Assembly (NCBI GenBank): GCA_900617105.1
Contig: UYFQ01000060.1
Coordinates: forward strand, 1 to 40,325
Direction of reading: 5' to 3'
Source: Hydrurus foetidus
Lineage: Eukaryota
DNA length: 40,325 nt
The stretch's first letter is position 1. Each line of letters begins with the position of its first letter. This document shows, piece after piece, positions 8,673 to 19,071 of the stretch. The position numbers and the translations under genes were made by a program. Below the pieces are notes generated by a model that did no database searches, was not told where the DNA came from, and saw only the letters and a list, made by a program, of their open reading frames with translations.

Positions 8673-10859
8673 CTATTCCCCCTGCACTTCGCTTACCAAC
8701 CCCTTCAAGGCATCCCTAATGCCTCCCCAGTAGTGGGCGAAGTCACTCTCCGATTCAAAGGTTATGACCGGGTTGCAACTCGCGAGGAGGTGTTGGACGT
8801 GCTGACAGCCTTGTAGATCCACCTCCCTGCTGTATCCTAAACCAATCCGTCTCATTACGTCTGTAACAGATTCGCCGGATTCGCTGAGTCGAGAAAGTGC
8901 ATCGCACTTGTGATTGTCAGCACCAGAGATATGCACGGACTCTTTCACGACAAGCTCCTGCATGATACAAAGCATCGTAAAAACCATCGACGCGTTTGAG
9001 ACGTTTGCACCTCTGTACCTTTCTGTGCTTACCCAGGTGAGTGCTGACACGCTGTCACCTCTCATGGTGACGTCTATCCCTTTGACTCCTAATTTGACTA
9101 GGCCGATCATTCCTAGCGTTGCACCAATGTACTCGCACAGATTCTGGTATGATAAGTCGCTGCCGAAGGTCAGACCGAGAATGCTTATAGCGCTGCCACC
9201 CATGCATACCTCAGCGTTATTCACTCGTTTGTACCACAGAATGCCCACTCCATGCAGGGAGGTGTCAAACTCAATGATGTAGGTGGGTACTTCCCTCTCG
9301 TAGGACCGCATGGGTCTACTATACCGCACTTCGTCATAGCGAACGAGGACCAGCATTGTGCGCCAGAGACGGATGGCGAGTTTGGCCTCGTCAGCCATGG
9401 TGAACTTCGACATCTTGGCCGTCCGGCCAGCCGACATCCTATGAAGAGCTGCACTGAAAGGACGCATGGCTCTGCATATCGACCCGTACCTGCTCCCCCA
9501 AGATGCCAGCCTCTGCGCTACGCGCAGGGGAATAGGTTGGTCCAGGTTGATTGAGAGGAATCCATACAGGGTGTTAAGGAAGTTCTTCCTGGATATGGTC
9601 ACCCTACTGGAGTCTAAATCGACGGTATACCCGATTATGTCCAGTCGTCTACCCCACTCCGTCTTGTCGTCGGCTACTGCTGTTGACCCGAGTAGGGAGA
9701 TGCACACCTCTCTAGCAACAGCGAGGTCTTCTACAATGTCCTCCTCAAAGCATACACCGACGATGTCATCGACATACATCTCGACTGCGCTCTTGAGGGT
9801 ATGGGACAACTCCCACTTGATTGCACGCGTTACCGTTTGGAACGCTGCTGGCGTGCACGCCCAACCGAAGATTCCGGCAATCTGAAGGTAGACAAGGTTC
9901 CCTGTCACTTCCATTCCAAATAGTCCTGCATCTTCGGGGCGGAACGATAAGAGGGTGTACGCACCCTTAAGGTCCATCTTCCATAGTCGAAGTTTGCTCC
10001 ACTGGACGGTTGGATCTGCCTCTACGACCTTCTCCCAAAACGACAGCATCATGCGGACCATTTCAGCTATCGTTGGATGCCTGATGGCGCCGTAGAACTC
10101 AGCTGCTGCTGCCGTCGTTTCCTCACTATTTAACGGAGTGCCCGTAACGTACGTAAGGTCACCTACAGGTCGCCCACTCGGCTTTCCCTTCTTCGGGGTC
10201 CAGTGGGCGGCCCCCAGGTGCAGGTTGGATATGTAGCGCACTGCCATTGCTTTAGGCAGTAAGAATGCAAGCCTCTGCTCAACTATTCCACCTAGCATCT
10301 TGTTCACCGCTGAGCTTACTTTCAGATAAATGCTTCTTAATGCCGCGACAGGTTGGGACCCATTCGGCTTAAAACCGGTCGGACGGGGTACGCGCATACC
10401 GACCGCCAGATCAAACAAGAGCGTCCTCTCGGGGTTGTCCGCCCTCAAGCGCTCGACCCTTTCGCCACTGAGTCTATCACTCGACAGCAGCTTCAGCCTC
10501 CGTGCGACCATCGCGACGAAATCAAGCTGAGCAGCTTGGAAACACCGTACATCACTTTCAAGCATTTCCCGTGGGAAAACGTACTTATCGGCCCAAGCCA
10601 CCGCAGCATCCACACCATACTGGTCATCGGATGCTATGATGGCCTCTGTCATCAAGGCCTCAAGGAATGCGCTAGGGAGTCGATCCCCTTGGGGGAAATA
10701 CGAATTTGCCATTTTGATCATCTCCTCCACCAGTACCCGTGGTATGCAGGGGTTGAGCACGGCACTGTCATTACTGACCTCCTCAGCTGGTCCTCCACTC
10801 TCATCAGGAGCGTCAGTCTTGCTGACCTCCTTGTCTGTCCTACCACTCTCCTCGGGCAG
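8673..10859 (-). CDS. DIRS-type reverse transcriptase / RNase H
   Basis: KMDLKGAY, FGWACTP, YVDD, IIGYTVD; RNase H motifs EFDTS..GVG, NLCE, GDSVSA, HISGADN..CDALSR. Frame is open up to the gag stop. Confidence 0.93.
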   Translation of the reverse strand: MPEESGRTDKEVSKTDAPDESGGPAEEVSNDSAVLNPCIPRVLVEEMIKMANSYFPQGDRLPSAFLEALMTEAIIASDDQYGVDAAVAWADKYVFPREMLESDVRCFQAAQLDFVAMVARRLKLLSSDRLSGERVERLRADNPERTLLFDLAVGMRVPRPTGFKPNGSQPVAALRSIYLKVSSAVNKMLGGIVEQRLAFLLPKAMAVRYISNLHLGAAHWTPKKGKPSGRPVGDLTYVTGTPLNSEETTAAAAEFYGAIRHPTIAEMVRMMLSFWEKVVEADPTVQWSKLRLWKMDLKGAYTLLSFRPEDAGLFGMEVTGNLVYLQIAGIFGWACTPAAFQTVTRAIKWELSHTLKSAVEMYVDDIVGVCFEEDIVEDLAVAREVCISLLGSTAVADDKTEWGRRLDIIGYTVDLDSSRVTISRKNFLNTLYGFLSINLDQPIPLRVAQRLASWGSRYGSICRAMRPFSAALHRMSAGRTAKMSKFTMADEAKLAIRLWRTMLVLVRYDEVRYSRPMRSYEREVPTYIIEFDTSLHGVGILWYKRVNNAEVCMGGSAISILGLTFGSDLSYQNLCEYIGATLGMIGLVKLGVKGIDVTMRGDSVSALTWVSTERYRGANVSNASMVFTMLCIMQELVVKESVHISGADNHKCDALSRLSESGESVTDVMRRIGLGYSREVDLQGCQHVQHLLASCNPVITFESESDFAHYWGGIRDALKGLVSEVQGE

Positions 10860-11870
10860 TCATACGCGGGTCTTGCCGTTTTTGACTTTGCCGAGAGCGT
10901 CTATGCAGGGTTGGCGGAACCGCAATCCTAGGGTGGCCGCCGTTGATGCTTTCTTCGCCTGAGTCCAGGTCGTGATATCCTCATGACGATACCTACACGC
11001 CTCTCCGAATGCGCAGACGAAAGTCTTGTTAGTCCTTGGGCTCTGCACCTTGAGCTGCCCCGCGAAGTGTTCACCGCACACCGCATCGGAGTTGGCCCCT
11101 GGGGGGCTTGCCGCAGGTCCCGCTGGTTTTGCCTTCGCCTTTGGCACCACGACTTTGGCGGTATCGCTCGCTCGGGTCCTGCTCTCTCGCAACTGATACC
11201 AGGCCATCGCCTCATTCAACTTCTCCGGAGTGTCGATCGTGCTCGAGAACTCCTGGAGCACCGTACTTAGTCGGGCCGCACACCTAGCCGGTGTACTGAT
11301 GTCCCTCAGGCTCGCGTTCGCTGCTGTGGTTGGCATCCGTAGCGCCCTGAAGTACTTTGACAGGACTATCTCGACAGAGTGCAGAAGAAATCCTGACGGT
11401 GCAAGCTCCATAGGCCGCTGAAGGCCTTCCAGTTGATCTATGAAGGCGGTCGCAGTGCCCCTAAAGGCTGCACCGTAAAACACCGAAAGAACAAGATCCA
11501 AGTTTTTGAAGGCGGAGACAAGCGCCATGTTTTGGTTGGGACACGGTGTAATCTCGACAGGGATCTTGATTGACCTCCCTGCGAACTTCTGCAAATTCAG
11601 CGCATCTGCCGTGGACCCTCCGTAGTCTCCCGTCAGTAGCTTTTTCAGAAGAGGCATATCAGAGGAGAAGCCCAGACTCCACACCCGGTCCAACAGACTG
11701 CAGCATTCGAAACCGACGTCTCTATCGCTTGCCCGCGAGATGGACTGCTCACAGATGACTCTGGCATACTCATCAACCTGAAGTATGCACTCAGTACCCA
11801 TTATGAATGGCCATCTCTCCCTTTCACACACCCTGAACACCACCCCCAACTCCTTCTCCCTCTCCGCCAT
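10860..11870 (-). CDS. Gag-like ORF of the YR element, C-terminal part
   Basis: Directly upstream of RT in the same frame; C-x20-C-x5-C-x3-H motif at 10983-11078. Confidence 0.7.
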   Translation of the reverse strand: MAEREKELGVVFRVCERERWPFIMGTECILQVDEYARVICEQSISRASDRDVGFECCSLLDRVWSLGFSSDMPLLKKLLTGDYGGSTADALNLQKFAGRSIKIPVEITPCPNQNMALVSAFKNLDLVLSVFYGAAFRGTATAFIDQLEGLQRPMELAPSGFLLHSVEIVLSKYFRALRMPTTAANASLRDISTPARCAARLSTVLQEFSSTIDTPEKLNEAMAWYQLRESRTRASDTAKVVVPKAKAKPAGPAASPPGANSDAVCGEHFAGQLKVQSPRTNKTFVCAFGEACRYRHEDITTWTQAKKASTAATLGLRFRQPCIDALGKVKNGKTRV

Positions 11871-12561
11871 ATCCTTCTTGGTGTATGACCCCCTCCAGAT
11901 CGATCAGCATTAACTTGCTGTTCAATTTCTCACCTTGGCTCTGCACCCCCAGATCGCCCTGCAGACCGCCACGCATCCTCTTACTCAAGTGATCTTCGTG
12001 GAAAGTCCCGTCCTGACGGTTCCTTTTTTCCTTCACATCCCAAGCTGCTGCGAGTCGGGCGGCCACGTCCTCTAGCTCCTCTATCACTGAGACGAAGCAG
12101 GTAGGAGTTGCCACGCTGACTCGATCTCCAATAGACAGTCCATCGAGCGGCAGCTGTCCGTTGCCCGTCACTCCAACGAGCATCGCATAAGTTTTGGCAC
12201 TCGTCGGTTTCCCTCTGAGCTGCCAAATCTGGACCTGCGAGCTGTCGAGGAATTCCATGCTCATCATGCGCCCTTCTGTCGGCATGAATGCCGGAAGGAG
12301 GAAGAATGACTTAGGACTCATGTCCTGCCACGGACGCACCATTGAGTTGAAACTCAAACGTAGCGGGCCCTCTCCCTGATACTCGTCTCGAACGAAAAGT
12401 GCAAGTGTGTTCAGCGACACAATTGCTGCTGCTGGCAATGCCCCATACTCGGGAAGAGAGGGACTGCTAATGCTAAGATTTGCATTTGCAATGTCCAACA
12501 GGATCTGTGCAGCCTGTGCTGAACTGCTACTTTCTAAAGGCATAAGGGGAACAGGATCCAT
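11824..12561 (-). CDS. Gag-like ORF of the YR element, N-terminal part (probably frameshifted from the downstream ORF)
   Basis: ATG at 12561; overlaps the next ORF. Deleting one base in the C5 run at 11889-11893 fuses the two. Confidence 0.55.
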   Translation of the reverse strand: MDPVPLMPLESSSSAQAAQILLDIANANLSISSPSLPEYGALPAAAIVSLNTLALFVRDEYQGEGPLRLSFNSMVRPWQDMSPKSFFLLPAFMPTEGRMMSMEFLDSSQVQIWQLRGKPTSAKTYAMLVGVTGNGQLPLDGLSIGDRVSVATPTCFVSVIEELEDVAARLAAAWDVKEKRNRQDGTFHEDHLSKRMRGGLQGDLGVQSQGEKLNSKLMLIDLEGVIHQEGYGGEGEGVGGGVQGV

Positions 12562-13089
12562 TGACAAAAAAAACTCTTTAACTTGAAAGTTACTCAGCGC
12601 GAAAACTCTCGAGAAAACTAAATGCTGTCAGTGCTAGGCTAGCTGACGAACGACATGCATGCAAAGGTGCAAGATACTGAAGTCGAAGCTGAAATATTCA
12701 CAGTGCTATGTACATCTCAAATGTGTACGTGACGATATTCTATACGGTGTATGTACACGCACGTGAAACTGAAGTCAGTTCACTACATCTCGATCTACTT
12801 CCACCTCTACGGCTGCTCCGGAATTGATTGTGCAATTCAATTCGAGAGCCCACTGTGAGTCCTCGATTCGCACTGTGGATCCTGAAACCAGAGGGAAAAG
12901 AAAAGGTGACTTGAGACTTGAGACCGAATCTCGCCGTCTTCAATCCAGAGAACCCATTCCGCAAGTCCACGAAGTTCCCGGCGTCTCATAAAAATCAGGC
13001 GGGACCGGTGTGAGAATCCCTCTGGGTGGAAGAGTGCCCCCTCTCCTTTTATATGTACCCCCTTCATTGTACGAATTGCCAGCGAGAGT

Positions 13090-13349
13090 TGTTGGAAATC
13101 TGGGCGATTTACACGGAATTTCTTCCGAGTTCCCAAACGATCCCTGCACTTCCGACTGCCAGCAACGCTCGTTCTATTCGTTAAGTTGGATTAAACGACA
13201 GTGACATGATGTCGATTACATCTAGGTAGCATAACATGAGTGCGAGGGTTGCGGTCAATGTTATCGCTGAATGTACGTACACCCGTGCATTAAAACAATC
13301 ATACATCACACAGGGTACAAGATCCTAGTCTAATCCGGATATCCCAACA
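13090..13349 (-). repeat. 3' LTR of copia B (260 bp)
   Basis: TGTTGG...CCAACA termini; near-identical to 18826-19071 plus 21528-21562. Confidence 0.96.
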
Positions 13350-13356
13350 CCCCCCC
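13350..13356 (-). promoter_or_regulatory. Polypurine tract of copia B
   Basis: G7 run abutting the 3' LTR on the minus strand. Confidence 0.85.
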
Positions 13357-13860
13357 ATGATGGTTATTGTTTGAATAAGTGAATATGTTAATTAGCATAT
13401 GCTTATTTAGTATACTTATTGGTTATTGTTCATAATGTTTCACACAACACTCAGATAGGGAACTTAGTGTTAGGGTATGGTAAACAGTAAATTTTCTTAA
13501 AAATATTTTTCACGGAATTTTTTAATATTGACAAGTTGCGTCGTGATATGGTGTAAAATAAAACATGGGTGGTTGGATTAGTGGATAGGTATTACTCGAG
13601 AAAAACTATTTCTAAACCGTCAAAAAAGCCTCAGCTGGTGACCGGTCTCGAGTTCGATCCAACCGATGTTGGTGCCCTTAAATCCACTAAAACGTCGACA
13701 TTCGATGTCGCAAAAGCGGTGTATCGATGTCCCTCGCGGTCCTATCAAACAAATGTTGATTTAAAGCGAAATCAGATTTTTATTTTTATTTTGTAATTTA
13801 TCTGGAAAAAGCGCTATAAGTGGGTAAGTCAAAATCAATAAATAACTCCCCTGAATTTCT

Positions 13861-16800
13861 TTATACATTGAGCACTTGGTCGCGTAGCTCTTGGAATAGC
13901 TTCCCCTGCAGTGGCTTGGTCAGCAAATCTGCAATCATTTCTTTAGTACTCTTGTAGGTTACAATAATATGGTCTGATTTAATTCGGTCATGCAGGAAGA
14001 AAAACTTGATGTCTATGTGTCTAGTTCTTTCACTGTTGGACCTACCGTTCTTAACTAACTGAATTGTGGATAGGTTATCTTGGTAAATTAAAGCTGGACC
14101 TACCTCATACTCTTGATGGATAAGGAAATTCCTAGTCCATAAAACCTGATTACCTGCTTCAGTCATAGCTACTAATTCTGCCTCTGTGCTAGACGTAGTA
14201 TTTAATTTCTGAGTGGAACTCTTACCATATATTGCTCCCTTACCTAGTGTTATAATACAGCCAGTGTGACTCTTCTTATCTGCATGTACAGCGTATGATG
14301 CATCTATATAGGCTATAACCTTAACCGGAGTATCTACCTCTAGGGTCAGCGGCGTAGCTCTAGTCTCTCTGATATACCGTATAGTATGCGCTAACTTATT
14401 CCAGTCGTCGGTTCTAGGTTCTAAGACTCTTTTAGTTAGATATGCTATACATGTCAGTATGTCTGGTCTGGTTCTCTTACTTAAATATAACAACTTAGCT
14501 GTTAGTGAGTGGAATCTCTCACGTTCTTTATCTTTCAATAAAGGACTGTTAAGATCGATCTTAAATAGATTATCGTCGGCAGGTGTTCTAGACACCCCCA
14601 CAATCTCTATGCAATCGTCTAACAAGTCTTTTATGAAACCTTCCATGGATATGACAACTCTGCCTAACTGCTCAAAGTTAAAAGTCATACCTATATAATT
14701 CAAAACTCTACCTCTACTCTTAGTCAAGCCTGGGTATAGTTTTTCTATCTCTGAAATTATACTATCTATACGCTTCTCATCCCTACTGCTGATCATCATA
14801 TCGTCAACATGGATAACTAAAGTAGTCTGAGTGGAATCTAGCTCAGTCCTATTGAATACACATATGTCTGATGGATTTACCTTATAGCCTAGCTGTGTTA
14901 AATCTGATGATATTTTATCATACCATAACTTAGCTGACTCTACACATCCATATAATGCTTTCTTAAGTTTAACTACTACTGTTCCTTTCTCATTTACATA
15001 CTTCTGATAAGACTTGTCAATGCTAACTAATATGTTAGTCAAATATTTATTCAGTCTCATCAGCACTGCATGGTCACCGTCTAGTGGCATATCACTGTTG
15101 AGGAATGCACCAGGAAAATCGATCGTAGCGACCGCTCGATTTTCACTAGCAGCAATTGCAGCAACAATAAATACGCTAGTGGTGCTAACAGTTGGTGATG
15201 AACCGTTATCATATATATTTCTATCTTGTAAATGACCTCCTGCTACAAGTCTAGATTTTAGCTTATCAAATTTACCATCTGCTGTATACTTATCTTTTAA
15301 GAACATACTGCTGGTTATGATACTTTTCCTCTGATCGTAACTAAGACTGTTGAGGTGAACTGCCTCCCACACATTCTTATCACACATCTGTTGTAACTCT
15401 TTTTTAATGGAATCTACGGCTATTTCGCCTAATTTCTGTACTCCTTCTGTTACGGTCATGTTCATCATGTACTTACACATAACTGAATCTTTGTAGCTAG
15501 GTATACTTAAACCTACTAATCTCTTATTCCATCTACCTGGCTGATGGTTTCTAGCACTACGTCTGGGTTGTTTATCTAGAATTTCCTCTGACTTGCTATT
15601 TTCTGTGGTGGGGGTATCTACCTCATCATCACTGTCTACACCAAATATATCATTCATTAATGCATCGGGGTCAGTTGGTGTATCGTCATACACTACATCC
15701 TCTCCTTCATTAACGTATATATCATTTGGTATGTATTCTGTTAATTGTTCGAACTCTGATTCGTAAGCTACATCAGAATTGCCATCGTATGAGTCAAAAT
15801 TATTTGCTATCTCATGATGCACAAATTCGTCTTCTGTAGGGTAACTATACGGTGTTATCATGTCAGGTGTCTGCAACTCAAATTCATCGTTGGAGTAATC
15901 ATTTCCATCGTCTTCGAGGATTTGATTACTCTGTTCGAAAATAGGTTGCTTGACATTCACTGACATATTTAATTTCCTCTCAGATGCTAACTTATCGAGG
16001 TAACTGATCACATCATCTGTCATTGGTAGGCTAGTAGCCTTTGTCCTCTTCACTACTTTTAAGTTAGCTAACAGCAGATAATACCATGAACCTTCTAGGT
16101 TGCCTGCACTAACTAATGCTATTGCTGCCTGTGATCTGGGTTTAGTCGAGTTGTCCACGGAATCGGTATGTACTTGTACGTAATCACCGAAACCGTGTTT
16201 CAACTCCTTATCTACGTTAATCTTTCTACCGTATAATTTCTCTCTGGGGCTGACGTAAGCTACACTGTTTCTAGTTGGTACTAAATTTAATCTGTTCACA
16301 ACATATCTAAGTAACCAACTTTCTAGTAGCTCACTCAGTGAAAAAGGTACCGTGTTGATGATGGCACGAACACGTTCCTTGATCACTCTGATCTTCCTCT
16401 CAACTACAGCTACTGCTTCTCCTGCTCCAGTACTGTCTAATATAATACCTAGTGCGGCTAGCTTACTCTCAAAACTTAAAGTGTTAACTGCCGACTCTCC
16501 GTCTATTCTTATCATAGTTATCTTAAATCCATACTTAGTAATGTGATGTATGTTGCTCTCTAAGTTCATCCATAAGGAAGACTTGTTTTTGCGTGAGAGT
16601 TTACATATCATCACATATTCTAAGGGATTTGTAACAGTGACTAGATAGGGTATCGAGTTCACAAACATCAAATCTATGTACATAACCTGGTTCAGGAACT
16701 GCCTATCTACAACTGGCATCTCTTCCTCTAACTCAGTTTTGTGACTAGTTGTTTTCCCCTTAAGGGAACCCAAATCTGGTCCAAAAATATCTAATGCTCT

Positions 16801-17481
16801 AACTACATCTTGTGCTGTTATGTCACTCTTATCTAATTTCCCCTGACCTATTAATTTAATTAACTGTCCTGGGCTGGCGTAACCTAACTTTCTCTGATAC
16901 TCTCTAGCTAATTCTGCTGACTTAACTTGTCTAGCTGTGTATAGTTTCTTCTTATCCTTATCTGTCATGACCATGATCGATTTATCGAGCGATACATTCT
17001 TGTAACTGACATTTCTGTCTAAGTCGCATAGATGTATGTTCGTAGACTGATCATGGACAAATCTATATACAGATCCTGACTTCAGCATTTTAACTTTGTA
17101 ACAATCCTGGTCACTGTCATAGCTAACTGACTCGCTCACGCTGACTATGTTACCGAAGGATAATATATTCGCTATACATTTTCTATCGTAGTAAACTGTT
17201 CCGAAATCCGTCTCGCCACACTCCGTGATTATCAAGGGTTCCCCCTGAGGGTTCACTCCATTAATAATCATCGGGGTAGCGGACGGCATAATACTATAAA
17301 ATAAATCTCTACTACAAAACACTGACTCTGCTGCACATGTATCTAACAACACTTGTCTCTCTGTAAAGGTGGAACTGTGTGTATATACATTCGCACTAAA
17401 AATCACAGGGTCACCCCCACAATTTTTACTGTTCAGTGGACAAAAATTCTCCAAGCTGCATGCTTTATCTAACAATGGCAC
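13861..17481 (-). CDS. Copia B Pol (protease, integrase, RT, RNase H), uninterrupted
   Basis: LLDTCA; YIDLMF, RIDGES, VVERKI; KSRLVAGG, KALYGC, HVDD; YIDASY, SSTEAE, RHIDIKF, ADLLTKPL. Confidence 0.97.
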   Translation of the reverse strand: MPLLDKACSLENFCPLNSKNCGGDPVIFSANVYTHSSTFTERQVLLDTCAAESVFCSRDLFYSIMPSATPMIINGVNPQGEPLIITECGETDFGTVYYDRKCIANILSFGNIVSVSESVSYDSDQDCYKVKMLKSGSVYRFVHDQSTNIHLCDLDRNVSYKNVSLDKSIMVMTDKDKKKLYTARQVKSAELAREYQRKLGYASPGQLIKLIGQGKLDKSDITAQDVVRALDIFGPDLGSLKGKTTSHKTELEEEMPVVDRQFLNQVMYIDLMFVNSIPYLVTVTNPLEYVMICKLSRKNKSSLWMNLESNIHHITKYGFKITMIRIDGESAVNTLSFESKLAALGIILDSTGAGEAVAVVERKIRVIKERVRAIINTVPFSLSELLESWLLRYVVNRLNLVPTRNSVAYVSPREKLYGRKINVDKELKHGFGDYVQVHTDSVDNSTKPRSQAAIALVSAGNLEGSWYYLLLANLKVVKRTKATSLPMTDDVISYLDKLASERKLNMSVNVKQPIFEQSNQILEDDGNDYSNDEFELQTPDMITPYSYPTEDEFVHHEIANNFDSYDGNSDVAYESEFEQLTEYIPNDIYVNEGEDVVYDDTPTDPDALMNDIFGVDSDDEVDTPTTENSKSEEILDKQPRRSARNHQPGRWNKRLVGLSIPSYKDSVMCKYMMNMTVTEGVQKLGEIAVDSIKKELQQMCDKNVWEAVHLNSLSYDQRKSIITSSMFLKDKYTADGKFDKLKSRLVAGGHLQDRNIYDNGSSPTVSTTSVFIVAAIAASENRAVATIDFPGAFLNSDMPLDGDHAVLMRLNKYLTNILVSIDKSYQKYVNEKGTVVVKLKKALYGCVESAKLWYDKISSDLTQLGYKVNPSDICVFNRTELDSTQTTLVIHVDDMMISSRDEKRIDSIISEIEKLYPGLTKSRGRVLNYIGMTFNFEQLGRVVISMEGFIKDLLDDCIEIVGVSRTPADDNLFKIDLNSPLLKDKERERFHSLTAKLLYLSKRTRPDILTCIAYLTKRVLEPRTDDWNKLAHTIRYIRETRATPLTLEVDTPVKVIAYIDASYAVHADKKSHTGCIITLGKGAIYGKSSTQKLNTTSSTEAELVAMTEAGNQVLWTRNFLIHQEYEVGPALIYQDNLSTIQLVKNGRSNSERTRHIDIKFFFLHDRIKSDHIIVTYKSTKEMIADLLTKPLQGKLFQELRDQVLNV

Positions 17482-17591
17482 AAACGCAGGGTAACCGGTC
17501 GACGTTGCAAATACGTCATGCAGTCCGGTTTCCCCACACGGAACATTTACATCCTTAGCTAGTGAATCAGGTAAAAAAACATATAAGGGAC

Positions 17592-18753
17592 TTACTTTTC
17601 CGAGGAAGGGTGACGCGCAGGTGCGTTCTTCCTCGGCGGCTTCTTACACTCGTAGGCATAGTGCCCCTCCTCTCCGCAGTTGTTGCACGATCCGCAACGG
17701 GTACCGTACTCCTGTACGGCACCACCTCTCACTCTCTGCGGGGTGGCCTCCCTATCCCTGTAGGGAGTACCTGCCCTCGCTGTACTCTCGCTGCCGGGGG
17801 TATCGTACCCTCCCTTCTCAGCTCCCTGACTACCGCGGCCCCTGCCGCCTCTGTCTCCGGAACCCGCTCTCCAACCCCGACTGGCCGCGGAAACGTAACC
17901 CTTCTCCGAGATCGGGGGAGCTCCTCCGTGGACGGGCCTTCCCATGAGGAAGTTGGCCGCGTCCTGGTTGGCATCGGCCATGGTCTGCGGCCATGACCGA
18001 ACCTTATTTTTATATTTATATATTTATATATTCTGAATAGTTTGTATTCAGTCCAGTTATAAATAATATAGAATAGAACTCATCTATGTGTTCTGGGGCG
18101 TCTTCGTCCGCCAACCTGTACGCTTCGTTCTTCACAAATAGTAGCGTCCTACACCTACTATAATATGCAGCTAGGTCTTCGTGCATGGTCATTTTGTTAT
18201 TATAAAAGTTTCTAACTGCAGTGATTGTGTTCTATCTTTCTCCGCACCTTTTGTTGCTCATGTGTGTTGCAACCACACATGTCAACAGACCAAGTGGATC
18301 GCACTCCTCCATGGCTCTCTTCCCAGCAGGCATCTCGTTCACCCTCGTCTGCGATGCCTCTGACATTTGACCTAATAATACACCATATAGTTTTGCACAA
18401 TCTTTTATAAGTAATTCATCAGCAGCTTCGTATTTCTTACGTGCTGTTTTCCATCTCTCTATCGCAACCAGGCCTGCTTCCTCCGGCGGATCTTCAGGTT
18501 CCACCTGCTCTACGTAGTCGTAGAGGATCCCGTCTATACCTATAATTTCTTTTACAGTAGATTCATAAGTACTGTACATATATACTCGAAAACATTCGAG
18601 CCATTTCAACACAGATTCTGGATCTGCCGCTTGTCCTCGCAGCAAATCCAGGTAAGCACCTACCTCGGGCTTCCTACCTTTTGATATGGGTTTATGAGCC
18701 TCTCCTTGCCCTCTACCGACCCCTGCCCCCGCCACGGGACTGGAATCTCCCAT
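17592..18753 (-). pseudogene. Copia B gag, disrupted
   Basis: In-frame TAG at 18232-18234 and a frameshift in the AT-rich run near 18015; CCHC knuckle CNNCGEEGHYAYEC in 17592-17981. Confidence 0.85.
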
Positions 18754-18825
18754 CGCCTCGTCCTCGCATCCTTGCAAATCTTTTTGCAACTCCTAGCTAA
18801 GCTACCTAACGATGACTGTCGTTTA

Positions 18826-19071
18826 TGTTGGAAATCTGGGCGATTTACACGGAATTTCTTCCGAGTTCCCAAACGATCCCTGCACTTCCGACTGCTAGCA
18901 ACGCTTGCTCAAAAGAGAAGACAACGTTCTATTCGGTAAGTTGGATTAAACGACAGTGACATGATGTCGATTACATCTAGGTAGCATAACATGAGTGCGA
19001 GGGTTGCGGTCAATGTTATCGCTGAATGTACGTACACCCGTGCATTAAAACAATCATACATCACACAGGGT
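18826..19071 (-). repeat. 5' LTR of copia B, inner part
   Basis: Matches the 3' LTR except two substitutions and a 19-bp indel; interrupted by the hAT at 19072. Confidence 0.95.

Larger units (their letters stand above)
7200..12600 (-). mobile_element. DIRS/Ngaro-like tyrosine-recombinase retrotransposon (boundaries approximate)
   Basis: gag-like ORFs, RT-RNaseH and tyrosine recombinase are co-oriented; no DDE integrase or aspartic protease. Confidence 0.9.

Noticed and set aside
12837..13204. ORFs crossing the LTR junction (also 18660-18939)
   Set aside because: They span the insertion boundary and share N-termini only because of the LTR repeat.
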